NCBI GenBank assembly: GCA_965237955.1
Contig: OZ250169.1
Span: 5,792,001-5,856,000 of the forward strand
Direction of reading: 5' to 3'
DNA length: 64,000 nucleotides
Origin: Candidatus Marinacidobacterales bacterium
GTDB lineage: Bacteria > Acidobacteriota > Vicinamibacteria > Marinacidobacterales > SMYC01
Below, piece after piece: positions 9,357-20,377 of this stretch. Under the pieces are notes generated by a model. The model ran no database searches and was not told where the DNA came from. It saw only the letters and a list, made by a program, of their open reading frames with translations. Position 1 is the stretch's first letter. Each line of letters begins with the position of its first letter. The position numbers and the translations under genes were made by a program.

Positions 9357-10021
9357 GTCTTCCTCCCTGCTTTCTCGACCGTGCGGTCGAAGGATGGCGG
9401 CTCGTCGAGGAGCGGCTCGGCTCCCTCGAGGACTCGGTGATCGAAAGAGAGCAGCTCCCGCCGCTCCTCGGTGGGCTCGAGCGCGAGGCTGAAGTCGCTC
9501 TCGACGTCGGGGGTCAGGAGCGCGGCCCGGGCGGCGTGGCCTCGCAGGCGAAGGGCCAACCGGCGCACCACCTGTGCGTCCTCGGCGGGCACGATGACCC
9601 GCGGCCGCGAAGGCGCCACCGCCGGCTCGGGCCGGATGGGGGGTGGCACGCCCTCCGGGACCTGACGCCGGACCGGCTCGGCCTGCTTCATCGGGGCAGG
9701 GGCCGGAGGCCGCGAGCGCGCGACCATGGGTTCTCCTCGGGCGAGGGGCGCCGCGGGAGCGACCCGGGGCGAGACGGCGGTCGAAGGCCCTCGCATGCCG
9801 TCCGTGATGAGAGGACCTCCCACCAGAACCCCGGCCAGCGTCGCCAGCGCCGGCACCAGCCACCGGCGACGGGCGGTCTCTCTCTGGGCACGGAGCTCGG
9901 CCACGCGTCGCCGCACCGCGGGCAGGAAGGCGAGGGACGGCTGCGTCTCCAGCGAGTCCATCAGCTCGGCGTCGATGCGGTCGAGAAGGGCCCTTTCCTC
10001 GGCGGACTCGAACTCACTCAT
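9353..10021 (-). CDS. Putative anti-sigma factor (single TM, Pro-rich)
   Basis: Coupled to the ECF sigma; RRRWLVPALATLAGVLVGG TM segment followed by a Pro/Ala-rich linker. Confidence 0.65.
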   Translation of the reverse strand: MSEFESAEERALLDRIDAELMDSLETQPSLAFLPAVRRRVAELRAQRETARRRWLVPALATLAGVLVGGPLITDGMRGPSTAVSPRVAPAAPLARGEPMVARSRPPAPAPMKQAEPVRRQVPEGVPPPIRPEPAVAPSRPRVIVPAEDAQVVRRLALRLRGHAARAALLTPDVESDFSLALEPTEERRELLSFDHRVLEGAEPLLDEPPSFDRTVEKAGRKT

Positions 10022-10548
10022 CGCAGCGCCTCCGCGAGTCGCTTCCTCGCCGTGTGCATACGGGACCGGACCGTCCCGTGAGGAACCCCGAGCAGCTCAC
10101 TGACCTCCCTGAGGTCGTGGCCCAGGATCCCGGCCAGCAACACCACCTGGCGCAGCTTCTCCGGCAGGGCCTCGATCGCCTTCCAGAGACGGTCGCGAAA
10201 CTCGTTCTCGCAGGCCACGGACTCGACGTCGGTAGGATCTGCGGAGAACGGCGTCTCCTGCTCACGCCGCGCTCGGCGCGTCGCCGCGCGCTGGTGATCG
10301 AGGGCCAGGCGCCAGCAGATCCGCACGAGCCAGGACCGGAAGCGCTCTCGATCGCGGAGCCGGCCGAAGCTCTGGTAGGCACGAGCCAGGGCCTCCTGAG
10401 CGACGTCTTCCGCATCTTCGCGGTGATGAAGGACGCCGTAGGCGACCCGGAAGGCGAGCGTCCCCGAGTCGCTCAGGCGCTCCTCGAACTCTGCGTCGAG
10501 ATCGGTCTTGCCCATCCCGCGCACGAGGCCCTCGACGGCCGCCTCCAA
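10018..10548 (-). CDS. ECF sigma-70 factor
   Basis: DAEDVAQEAL region 2, FRSWLVRI, and region 4 EVSELLGVPHGTVRSRMHTARKRL. Confidence 0.92.
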   Translation of the reverse strand: MEAAVEGLVRGMGKTDLDAEFEERLSDSGTLAFRVAYGVLHHREDAEDVAQEALARAYQSFGRLRDRERFRSWLVRICWRLALDHQRAATRRARREQETPFSADPTDVESVACENEFRDRLWKAIEALPEKLRQVVLLAGILGHDLREVSELLGVPHGTVRSRMHTARKRLAEALR

Positions 10549-10720
10549 CTGATTGACTCATGGGTCTTCCTATTAGACCAGACGCCGGCGGCGGCGGCTA
10601 TGTTCAGATCGGGCGCCGCGCTCCGGGCAACTGGCCTACGAGGAAGGCTTCGCGAGAAAGTCGCGCGCGCGCGCCCGAATGGAGGGGTCCTCCGCGCTTC
10701 GGCAACCGCGCCGTTGCCGC

Positions 10721-10749
10721 TTGACTTTCTAGCCCGCTTCCCGCATTCT
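10721..10749 (+). promoter_or_regulatory. Sigma70-type promoter of the phage/satellite-like transcript
   Basis: TTGACT-17 bp-CATTCT directly upstream of the structured leader. Confidence 0.55.
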
Positions 10750-10780
10750 CACCGCACGGCGCGGGTGATAAACTCGCCCC

Positions 10781-10851
10781 GCCGTCGGCTTACTCGGGCC
10801 TTATAAACCCGGGGACAGCGTGATGTTTCCACGTTGCCGGCGGCTCAACCA
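10781..10851 (+). ncRNA. Candidate P4 CI / c4-like antisense RNA (three-way junction)
   Basis: Outer stem GCCGTCGGC/GCCGGCGGC enclosing hairpins CTCGGG-CCTTATAAA-CCCGGG and CAGCGTG-ATGTTTC-CACGTTG; ends ..AACCA. Confidence 0.45.
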
Positions 10852-10878
10852 GAAACACGCAATCGGGAGAAACAACCG

Positions 10879-11154
10879 ATGCAAGCAACCCACTGTCCCA
10901 CCGGCCATCCGGCCATCCCTGATCCAACCTACAACCAGAGCATCAAGAACTGGTTTCTCGTGCTCGCCCAGACGGACCCTCGGGACGTGGGCGGGATTCT
11001 CGAGGCGCTCGGAATCGTGCTGCTAATCCTCAGCACCCGCGCGCCTCGGGGTCCTGAACCCGCGCTTACCACCACCCGCGACAAGTCCCGCCTCTGGCGT
11101 CGCGCGCTCCGTGATTTCTTTGTCTTTGACGACGAGAACGGCGGTGCGCGATGA
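10879..11154 (+). CDS. Hypothetical protein (satellite-like module)
   Basis: GGGAG RBS, ATG at 10879, ATGA overlap with the next ORF. Confidence 0.55.
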   Translation: MQATHCPTGHPAIPDPTYNQSIKNWFLVLAQTDPRDVGGILEALGIVLLILSTRAPRGPEPALTTTRDKSRLWRRALRDFFVFDDENGGAR

Positions 11155-11636
11155 AGGTCCACGAGACCCACCAACTCTCAATCGTCGACTACGTCCGGGT
11201 CGACGACAAGTTCATCACCATCGATGAAGCCGTCGAGCTCACCGGCATCCCAACGGCTGAGCTCGTCACGCATCTCGAGCTTTTCCGGGACCCGATCCCC
11301 GGCATCGTCCGGGTCTCCACACGCGCGCTTGAGAAGTGGGTCGCCCGAAAGTCGGCGTTATCCATGTTGGACGAAAACGGGAGGGGCGCCCCCGTTTTGA
11401 GCGACGGCGCGGACTTCGAGGACGAGCGCGCCGAGCTCGGACGGAAGCTCGAGCAGGTTGCTGTCATCTCCGATAGCGTGCGTCGTGCTGATAACGTGAT
11501 CAACACGGCTTGCGCAATCGTCCTCCTGGAGCGCTTGCGTCGCGAGCTCGTAGCGTCCGGCGAGAAGGACAACGTTCCCATCCTTGGGCGCGTGGCCTGG
11601 CGCCTGCGCTCGAGCCTGAAGGCGGTGCACCGATGA
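11151..11636 (+). CDS. Protein with an excisionase/MerR-like HTH N-terminus
   Basis: FITIDEAVELTGIPTAEL...VRVSTRALEKWV pattern; translationally coupled on both sides. Confidence 0.6.
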   Translation: MKVHETHQLSIVDYVRVDDKFITIDEAVELTGIPTAELVTHLELFRDPIPGIVRVSTRALEKWVARKSALSMLDENGRGAPVLSDGADFEDERAELGRKLEQVAVISDSVRRADNVINTACAIVLLERLRRELVASGEKDNVPILGRVAWRLRSSLKAVHR

Positions 11637-11856
11637 TCGGGGACGTCACCGACGCCGAGCTTGCCGATGGACTCGGGCGAGCGATCGCGGCCCTTCTCGA
11701 ACGGCTACTCGAGGTAGTACCGAAGCCCGAGCCCGAACCGAAAGAACGGCCAAACCTCACCGCCAAGGAACTCGCGCAGCTGACCACTCTTTCGGAAAAG
11801 ACAATCTACCGCGATGCGCGCCTAGGGAAACTCAAGAGCGTTCGGCTCGGGCGTCG
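11633..11856 (+). pseudogene. Excisionase-like HTH_17 gene truncated by IS3
   Basis: LTAKELAQLTTLSEKTIYRDARLGKLKSVRLGRR cut at the IS3 left end. Confidence 0.75.
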
Positions 11857-11906
11857 TGAACCGCCCCGGCTTTTCCGGAGACTCCAACTCTTGAGAGGAT
11901 GGAGTC

Positions 11907-13141
<1,235 letters not shown>

Positions 13142-13334
13142 AACAGTCTCCGGGATTCCCGGGGCGGTTCAGAGTTTCGTTGCGGCTCCGCCGCGCTGTG
13201 CTCGACCATGTGGCGATGCGTATTGCCAACAATTTCTGATACAGGGGACTAGTCGCAGCGCGGTAATCTATTCTTTCGAAGGCTCGCCTTCCTTCTTGAG
13301 AATGGGAAAGAGATCGTGAACTGAGACCGGTATC

Positions 13335-13438
13335 ACCAAGCGAAGGGCCGTCTTGTAGACCGATCTCATGACGAGCACGGCATTGGCTTCGAACCGTGCG
13401 CGCTTGTCCGAAGAGGCGCTTGCAACGTCCTCCTTCAT
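13335..13438 (-). pseudogene. N-terminal remnant of an ECF sigma factor
   Basis: MKEDVASASSDKRARFEANAVLVMRSVYKTALRL resembles ECF sigma N-termini, then similarity stops. Confidence 0.4.
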
Positions 13439-13539
13439 CGTATAGCATCCCCCCCCCGGCGGCGGGGAATGATTTTTTTGTGGGCGGCGGGAACTTTTCC
13501 AGGCTCCAAATTGTTAACAATTAGGCCTCTCCTGCCATT

Positions 13540-14760
13540 TCAGTGGATCCTCTCGAGGGTGAGACCGCCACAGTTTAGGTAGACGAGACTGATGAGAGCT
13601 TCGGCAGAGTGGAGTCCAAAGCTGCGGTGGCTCAGCAGCCTGATTTTGTTGTTCATTCCTTCGAGTCGGCCGTTGCTGAGTCTCCACGTGACCCACGCGA
13701 TGACGCCATCGAAGTGGCTGCGGATCATCTTCGCCGCGCGTTTGACGGGCTCTATCCTCGAGCTCATAGCGCGCCGCAGCCATCCTCGGAGAAACTTCTT
13801 GGCCCATGTCTCGGTTTTGTAGGTGTAGAGGTCCATGAAGTCGTCGCGCAGAAGCATGGCGCGGTAGAGGCGACGATTAGCTCGCACCTGCTCGCGGAGC
13901 ACCCGTTTGTCTTTCGCGCTGCGGTTGTGTTTGGCCTTGAGAAGGGGAAACTTGGTGTTCTTGAGGTTGCGCCGGGCAGTCCCTTTGAGCTCGCGCACCA
14001 GCTCGCGCCGGGTCTTATCCACGGCCTCGTTCAGATGCTTGACGATGTGGAAGCGGTCAAAGATCACCCGTGCCTGAGGAGCCTTTTTGCCGACGACAGT
14101 TCTGTACGGCTCCCACATGTCCATGCTGACCGCTTCGAGCTCCGCGGCTCTTTGTGGTCCGAGCTTGCGGAAAAACCGCAGCAGCGTCTTGGCCTTGCGC
14201 TCCTTTCCCGCCCAGACGACCCGGCCGCTGAGATGGTCTATTACCACTGTTAAGTACTTGTGGCGTTTGCGGTAGCTGATCTCGTCCATCCCAATCACCC
14301 GCAATCCATCGAGCTCGCGCCGCTCATCCCGCTGCTCGGCAACCACTCGCTGGATGATCCGTCGCACCGAACGCCACGTCACTCGGAAATAGTTCGCTAC
14401 GGCGCTGACGTCCGTCCTCTGTGCCAGCCACGCTACCTCTTGTTCGAAGCTTTTGGTAAAGCGGCTTCCCTTGTCTGCCCAAGGCACCTTTTCTCTGACC
14501 ACTCCACACCGCCGACATAGCACTCGTCGGATCGAGTAGCGAAGATAGGTCCGGACTCCGAACAGGTCCAAGTGCCGCCAGTAGCGATTGTAGCGATCTT
14601 TGTTCTTGCGGACCTTTCGTCCGCAAATCCCGCACAGAGGCTTCCTCCTCCGTGGTACTACATCCACCACCACTCTGGCTTTGTCCGCCTGGAAGTGGAA
14701 ACCTCGGACCCACAGGCCTTGCAATCCGATGAGCTTGTTGACTAACGTAGTAACGCGCAT
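13540..14760 (-). CDS. ISL3-family transposase
   Basis: CGIC...CRRC zinc finger, IGMDEISYRKRHKYLT, VSMDM, FDRFH, SNGRLEGMNNKI; element ends not resolved. Confidence 0.95.
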   Translation of the reverse strand: MRVTTLVNKLIGLQGLWVRGFHFQADKARVVVDVVPRRRKPLCGICGRKVRKNKDRYNRYWRHLDLFGVRTYLRYSIRRVLCRRCGVVREKVPWADKGSRFTKSFEQEVAWLAQRTDVSAVANYFRVTWRSVRRIIQRVVAEQRDERRELDGLRVIGMDEISYRKRHKYLTVVIDHLSGRVVWAGKERKAKTLLRFFRKLGPQRAAELEAVSMDMWEPYRTVVGKKAPQARVIFDRFHIVKHLNEAVDKTRRELVRELKGTARRNLKNTKFPLLKAKHNRSAKDKRVLREQVRANRRLYRAMLLRDDFMDLYTYKTETWAKKFLRGWLRRAMSSRIEPVKRAAKMIRSHFDGVIAWVTWRLSNGRLEGMNNKIRLLSHRSFGLHSAEALISLVYLNCGGLTLERIH

Positions 14761-15041
14761 CGCGGGAACGCTCTTTTCTCTTTCGGAAAAAAAGATTCTA
14801 GCGTTCTCGCCGATGCGCATCTACACATGGCTTACCCTCTCAACCCACGGGCCTCACCAAATGCCACTGCCCCTCAGCGGGAGACGGTGGGGAAACGCCC
14901 CCACGGTTCTGGTCGTTCAGACCTTGCTCACGACTGAGTTCTCTTCGAAGCCTGGAAGGGCGTTTTCTATAGCCTCCACTAATCGAGCCCCCCCTTCCTT
15001 ATTCCATATGAATTAATCTTTCTTGTATATATATCAGGAGG

Positions 15042-15194
15042 GGCCTGTGGGCGCTCGTGGGAAACGCGAAGCGTTTTCCAAGCGATTGTGGAAAACGCCG
15101 CTCCACGTTTGTACGTGCTCACAACCTTTCCCTAAACGCCTCTCTCGCCCGGAGTTTCCGGCGTTTTCCACAATCGCGGCAGCGTCCATAGGCC
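15042..15194 (+). repeat. Nested inverted-repeat element
   Basis: Perfect 19-bp IR at 15082-15100/15159-15177 inside a 14-bp outer stem, plus hairpin GGGAAACGC-GAA-GCGTTTTCC. Confidence 0.7.
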
Positions 15195-15374
15195 ATGCCC
15201 TCCAACACAAATCAGATCCACCGAAACGACAGGAGAACCACAATTAGTGTGGGCGGGCGTCCTTCCTTCTGTGGGAGGTCCCTGCCGAAGTTAGGGGGTG
15301 TGTCTTCAGGAGACGCCACATCCAACCATCGCAGCTAAGTCATTCCCCGGAAGCCAAACAAAAAGGAGGCGGTT

Positions 15375-15884
15375 ATGCGCGGATTCATTTTCACAATAGG
15401 AGCATTGGCAATCGCGGGCGCTCTCGTCGGCGGGTGTCAAAACGAGACACCCATCGTTGGCCCGGACGTCCAGGACAACCCGCTCTCGACCGGAGCGGCC
15501 ACGACGCAAGTCGACCCCCGTAGCCAAGGCGTCCCTAGGCCGCAAACGTGGGTGGATGGTGAGCTCTTCGACGGAGTGGTGACACCGGCGAATTTCAACC
15601 CGGAGAGCGATCCGTTCGACGAGCTTTATCATGGCGTCGTAGGCCAGGAAGGGGAAACGCAAGGTATTGGTTTTCTAGATGGAGTGCCCCTCATTTCCGA
15701 GTCTAAGCCTGGCGATCAAGATTACAACGGTGGAAGGTGGCATTTGAATATCCTAAAGGCCGGTGTGCCGGGGAATATGTATGTGGGCGCCGATAGTTTG
15801 GCCGACCTTGACAAGACCGACTTCTTCTCCACCGACATCTATTTTGAATGCCCGCTACTTCCCAGGCGAGGCAATCGTCAATGA
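15375..15884 (+). CDS. Hypothetical lipoprotein
   Basis: AAGGAGG RBS; lipobox-like LVGGC after a hydrophobic signal; YNGGRWH and YFECPLLP segments. Confidence 0.8.
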   Translation: MRGFIFTIGALAIAGALVGGCQNETPIVGPDVQDNPLSTGAATTQVDPRSQGVPRPQTWVDGELFDGVVTPANFNPESDPFDELYHGVVGQEGETQGIGFLDGVPLISESKPGDQDYNGGRWHLNILKAGVPGNMYVGADSLADLDKTDFFSTDIYFECPLLPRRGNRQ

Positions 15885-15888
15885 TCGG

Positions 15889-15924
15889 CGCCGGTTCACT
15901 CTAGTTGAAATAGAGTAACCGGCG
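15889..15924. terminator. Stem-loop after the lipoprotein gene
   Basis: CGCCGGTT(C)ACTCTA-loop-TAGAGTAACCGGCG; no U-tract. Confidence 0.4.
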
Positions 15925-16107
15925 TGCCGTCGGTAGTAGGAAACGAAAGCGTTGAGCGGTACGGACCACCGTAGAGTGCTCAGCGCTCGCTCCCCTCGCG
16001 CCGGCTGCAGCTGAGTCTTTTAGCAGCCGGCGATGGTGGATGTGCGTCGGCTGCTACGCTGGCAGCGCCACCCGCACCTCGGCCCCCAGTACGTTAGGTA
16101 CTAAACG

Positions 16108-16140
16108 CGTCGGGGATGCCAAATGAAATCAAATAGTTGC
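16108..16140 (+). repeat. attR-like direct repeat of the tRNA-Glu 3' end
   Basis: CGTCGGGGATGCCAAATGAAATCAAATAGTTGC; IHF consensus retained. Confidence 0.85.
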
Positions 16141-16445
16141 TAGAAATCGCCCCCAAAGCTCGACTCAGCTATGGGAAAATTGGGTAACTGAGCTGGGGAT
16201 GTCTCCAGGTGCGCCTCGTAGCTCCGAGGATTTCGACCGACTGGAGAAGATGCTCGACGAGGCAGCGTCCGTTCACAGCGGATTTATCGATCGCGTCAAT
16301 CTCGAAGGGGAGAATCGCACTCAAGCCATTTACATCCTGTTCATGCATCATTATGACCAAAAGTTGTGGGACCGCTACCCGAACCTCGCCCTCCGGTACG
16401 TTAGCTATCAAACCTGTCCGGCGTTCCTTTTCGCGAGACCAGACC

Positions 16446-17372
16446 TCAAGAAACAAGGCGCGTCAAGTTCCCGCCTAAGATCCCGGCGGCCTGATCCTTG
16501 GTCACGCCTAACTCCTCGAGAACGCTGACCTGCGTCTGGAAGTGATCCTTTTGCCACCCTCGGGGGAAGAAGCTCGAGTCCGACCCGTAGAGAATGCGCT
16601 CCGCGCCCAGGACATCCAGGCTCCGCTCGAAAACCTCGGCGAGGGACAGCGGCCTCGGAAGGCGCGACGCCCAGGCGTTGGAGCTCGACGTGTCGGTGTA
16701 GAGGTTCGCGCACTCGTCGGCGACGAGGAGGAGCTCGCGGAAGAAGCCGCTCCCGAAGTGGGGGACGATGAAGGGCACCGTGTCGAAGCTTCGCGCGACG
16801 CCGCTGAGGTCGACGGGGTTCGCGAAGCGCAAGTCGAAGAGGCTCGGGAGACCGAGCTTGTCCCGCACCCCGACCTTGAGGACACCGCAGTGCACGAACA
16901 CGACCCCCCGCGAGGCGGCGACCTCCTCGAGGATGGGCCGGATCTCCTTTTCCCAGATATGGAAGTGGTGCATCGCGGGAAACAGGCTGAGGCCCTTCAT
17001 CCCCAGCTCGCGAAAACAGCGCTTTGTCCGATCGAGGGCATCCGGGGCCCGGGGGTTCAGCATGAAGTAGGGGATGAAGCGCTCGGGGAAGGCGCGCGCG
17101 GCGACGGAAACGGACTCCTCGTCTCCAGGGACGCTCGCGATCAGGACGGAGCGCGCGAGCCCGTGACGGTCGAGCTCCTTGACCCATCGTTTCGCGAGCT
17201 CCTCCGGGTCCTTGGGAGGGAACTCGAAAGCGAGGTGCTCGCCCAGTGTATCGAAGAGCGCCTCCTCGGAAGGCGGCTCGGGAAGAGAGGCCGCGAGCGC
17301 GGCAAAGAACCGATAAGAGAAGAAATGCGCGTGCGCATCGACCACCGCGAGATCGCCAAACGGAGTTTGCAT
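16446..17372 (-). CDS. Amidohydrolase_2 family protein
   Basis: VDAHAH, VFVHCG, IVPHFG, YTDTS and ILYGSD motifs. Confidence 0.9.
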   Translation of the reverse strand: MQTPFGDLAVVDAHAHFFSYRFFAALAASLPEPPSEEALFDTLGEHLAFEFPPKDPEELAKRWVKELDRHGLARSVLIASVPGDEESVSVAARAFPERFIPYFMLNPRAPDALDRTKRCFRELGMKGLSLFPAMHHFHIWEKEIRPILEEVAASRGVVFVHCGVLKVGVRDKLGLPSLFDLRFANPVDLSGVARSFDTVPFIVPHFGSGFFRELLLVADECANLYTDTSSSNAWASRLPRPLSLAEVFERSLDVLGAERILYGSDSSFFPRGWQKDHFQTQVSVLEELGVTKDQAAGILGGNLTRLVS

Positions 17373-17764
17373 GACGGGGGAAGCTTAGCATTCGGGAGCG
17401 AGAAGCCGCACGAGAAACCGCCAACAAGATCGAGGCTTTAGTTCGCAGTACTTTCACTCTCGGCGCGCACATGAAGAAGCTCGGGCGTCATTTCTGAGCC
17501 ATTCGGGTCGCAATACTCCCGGTGGCAGCATCGAAACACGTCGTGTCACACTACATGTAAGTGCCAACAACTAAAACGTCTGGAAAAATGGCGACGACTC
17601 GATTCGTGTCGGCCGGACGCCGCGTGCACCCGGTCGTCCTCCTCGTGTCCGCGGTGTGGTCGACTCCTGTGCATGCGCAGCCGAATATCGATCATTCCGG
17701 CATCGAAGGCATCGAGTTCACCTACGAGCTTCGTCAGTAACCACGCCTGCGCTACACTCCGATT

Positions 17765-18503
17765 GTGAGCTCGCGATTCGCGTTGTCGGCGATGCTGCTG
17801 TTGTGCGTACCCGCGCTCGTGCTCCCGTCGACGTGGGTCGACGTGGAAGTGACGTGTCCCGTCTGCGGCACCGTCAACATCTTCAAAGTTCCCGCGAGCT
17901 TCGGGACGTACGTCTATCAGGAGCCGTCGCGGCTCCAGTACGTTTTTTGGCCCGCGACGACGGACATGTTTCTCTACACGTGCCGCCGATGTCACTTGAC
18001 GGCGTATATGCAGGACTTTGCGGAGATCCCGGCGGATAAAATCACTGCGCTTGCGACGGTGCTCGAGCGGGATGGCGCAATTCAGGGCGCGCTCTTGCCC
18101 GTATTACGAAATCCCGATGGTGACACGTCTCGACATTGCTCGGAAGGTCTACGAAGTTCTCGAGCGCGACGCTGAGTTCTGGTGCGAGTTCGATCGCATC
18201 GCGGGGTACCACCATGCGGAGTCGGGCCGAGCGCGTGAAGCGCACACGGCTCGTGCTCGAGCTCTGACGCGTGCGGAATCGATTCTCGAAACCGCTCCAC
18301 CGGGAGAGCGGAAGGAAACGCTGGTCATCGTTGGCGCGCTTCGATTTCTCACCGGTGATATTTCCGGAGCGAGGGCAGCGCTCGCTGAGGCCGAACTACT
18401 GACGTACGCCGCTCCGGACCGACACTCGAAAGCGCTCGATGAATTCCTTTCGCAGCTGATCCAGGACTTCCGTACCGAACTCTTGTCGGACGGAACCCGT
18501 TGA
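17765..18503 (+). pseudogene. DUF2225-like exported zinc-ribbon/helical protein, frameshifted near 18098
   Basis: VTCPVCG...YTCRRC followed by helical repeats in a second frame; one extra base at TTGCCCGTATTAC. Confidence 0.65.
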
Positions 18504-18579
18504 CATCGCCCCCACCCTTCCAATAGAATCATCATCCCTTCGGGGAGCCCAACCACAGATAAGGAATTATTCTGGATTG

Positions 18580-19966
18580 TTCGCGCCGGGTTGTGGTGTG
18601 GGCCGCCTTCGCGGTGGTTACGACCGCGACGCTTCACGCACAGCCGACGATCGATCACTCGGGGCTCGACTGCATGCGCCCCGGTGAGTTCGTCGTCGTG
18701 CTATCGAGGATCGACCCCGAGGACGACGTTCAAACGGCCAAGGTCTATTAGCCGATACGTCGGTATCCTTCCACAGCCGGGCGGCTGAAACTCCCCAAGT
18801 CATCTACTTACGTCGAGGCGTTGGACTCAGCGTTCAACACCGCCCGATCACGGGAATACGACGCAGACGTTCGGGGCCGCTGTCGCCAGGAGCCGGCCTC
18901 CGCCTATTTCCCCGGTGCCAATCCGAGCATCAACGTGGGGGCGACAGCGTCGGGCGCGTCATCGATTCCGCCCTGGTTCACCGCGGCGGGAATCGCCGGG
19001 ACGATTACCGCTGCCGGACTCGCGTCCGGAGCGGGCGGTGGGATTGGAGCCGGGACGGCTGTTGCGGTCGGTGCTGCCGTGGCTGCGGGCGCAGGTGCGG
19101 GGGTGTTGACGACGGGCGGAGATGATCCGGCGACGTCGTCGGTCGTCGCAGGGGTGCCGACATCGACGACATCCACCATACCCGCGGGTTCCACGAGCTC
19201 GACCACGGCGCCGAACACGGAACCGGGCCCTACCACGTCGACGACAACAACGCCCGGAGCGCCCACGACCACGGTGCCTGGAGGTTCGACTACGACGACG
19301 ACTCCCGCCTCGACGAGTACCACTCCGGCCGCACTCGACGCGTCCTGCTTTACCGTCGCCGTTCTCGGAGCGTGTCGCGTTCCTGTAGACGCCACTTGCG
19401 TCGTCCTTCCCGTCGATCGCTACGAGTGGATACTGGATCTCACCGATCGTTGGAGAAAAGTGGAGTTTCCCGACGGTCCTACCACTCTGACGCACACGTG
19501 GGGAGCGGACGATTGCGACGACGACGGCGAGACGCTTCGTTTTCGGCTAAAGGCTCACCGAGCCGACCTGACATCGACGGCGCACAAAAATCTGTTCGTG
19601 CCCGGCGATGGTTTGAGGGCATCTCCGGCGCACGATCTCTCCGTCCGACTGCGTACTCATCTGGCTCTTCCCGGGCGGGCGACGGGCCAGGTGTCGGTGA
19701 ACGCGACACCTGTTCGACTCGTCGACAACGTGTCGCCGGTCGAGATGCGCGTCCCGGGACGCCGTGGCACGAACACGCTCACCGCCTTTGTGGTAGCGAC
19801 ATCGGGCGAACCAGGAACGTGGCGCTTCGCGCTCGACCCGATCGTTCCCGGAAGTGTTCGCATCGTTTCGGGGAACGTCCTCACGCGGGAGCCGGATGGT
19901 GTCGTGTTTCGACTTGCCGGTCATGTCGGCGAGCGTGTCGAGCTCACCTTCGTCCTCCGCGAGTAG
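18580..19966 (+). pseudogene. Exported Gly/Thr-rich protein with a disrupted N-terminal domain
   Basis: Signal-like VVVWAAFAVVTTATLHAQ, then a stop and frameshifts (IDHSGLDC...KVY*, YVGILPQP, YVEALD); open frame 18821-19966 with Thr/Pro linker. Confidence 0.55.
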
Positions 19967-19997
19967 TCCGGCTACGGCGTGATAGGATCCGCCGTCC

Positions 19998-20366
19998 ATG
20001 AGCGATTCAAAGGTCCCGGCCCGCACCGCAGAGATCAGTTTCAAGGTCGCGTTGAACGCCGATCGAAAGCCTGTTTCGATCGAATGGTCGGCGACGGACT
20101 CACCGGACGCGAGCTCGAAAGATACGAAATCCATCATGCTGTCCGTTTGGAACAGTGAAGAGAAGAAGGCGATGCGCATCGACCTGTGGACCGAGGACAT
20201 GCTCGTCGACGAGATGAAGCTCTTCGTGTTCCAGACGCTCGTGACCATGGCCGATACCTTCGAGCGGGCGACGTCGGACGGGGCGAGGGCGAACGAAATG
20301 CGGAGCTTCGCCCAGCAGTTCGCGGAAAAAATGGGCTTCGTCCGAGAGGACGACTCTCCGAGCTAA
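19998..20366 (+). CDS. gldC: GldC-like protein
   Basis: IEWSATD...MLSVW...MRIDLWT.DM.VDEMK.F..QTL.TMADTFERAT matches the GldC family pattern. Confidence 0.85.
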   Translation: MSDSKVPARTAEISFKVALNADRKPVSIEWSATDSPDASSKDTKSIMLSVWNSEEKKAMRIDLWTEDMLVDEMKLFVFQTLVTMADTFERATSDGARANEMRSFAQQFAEKMGFVREDDSPS

Positions 20367-20377
20367 GATAGAGCCTT

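Noticed and set aside
13500-15000. Exact ISL3 termini
   Set aside because: No convincing inverted-repeat pair or target duplication found by eye
16199-16528. 109-aa ORF just outside attR
   Set aside because: No recognisable family and overlaps the amidohydrolase 3' end; may be a remnant but unsupported
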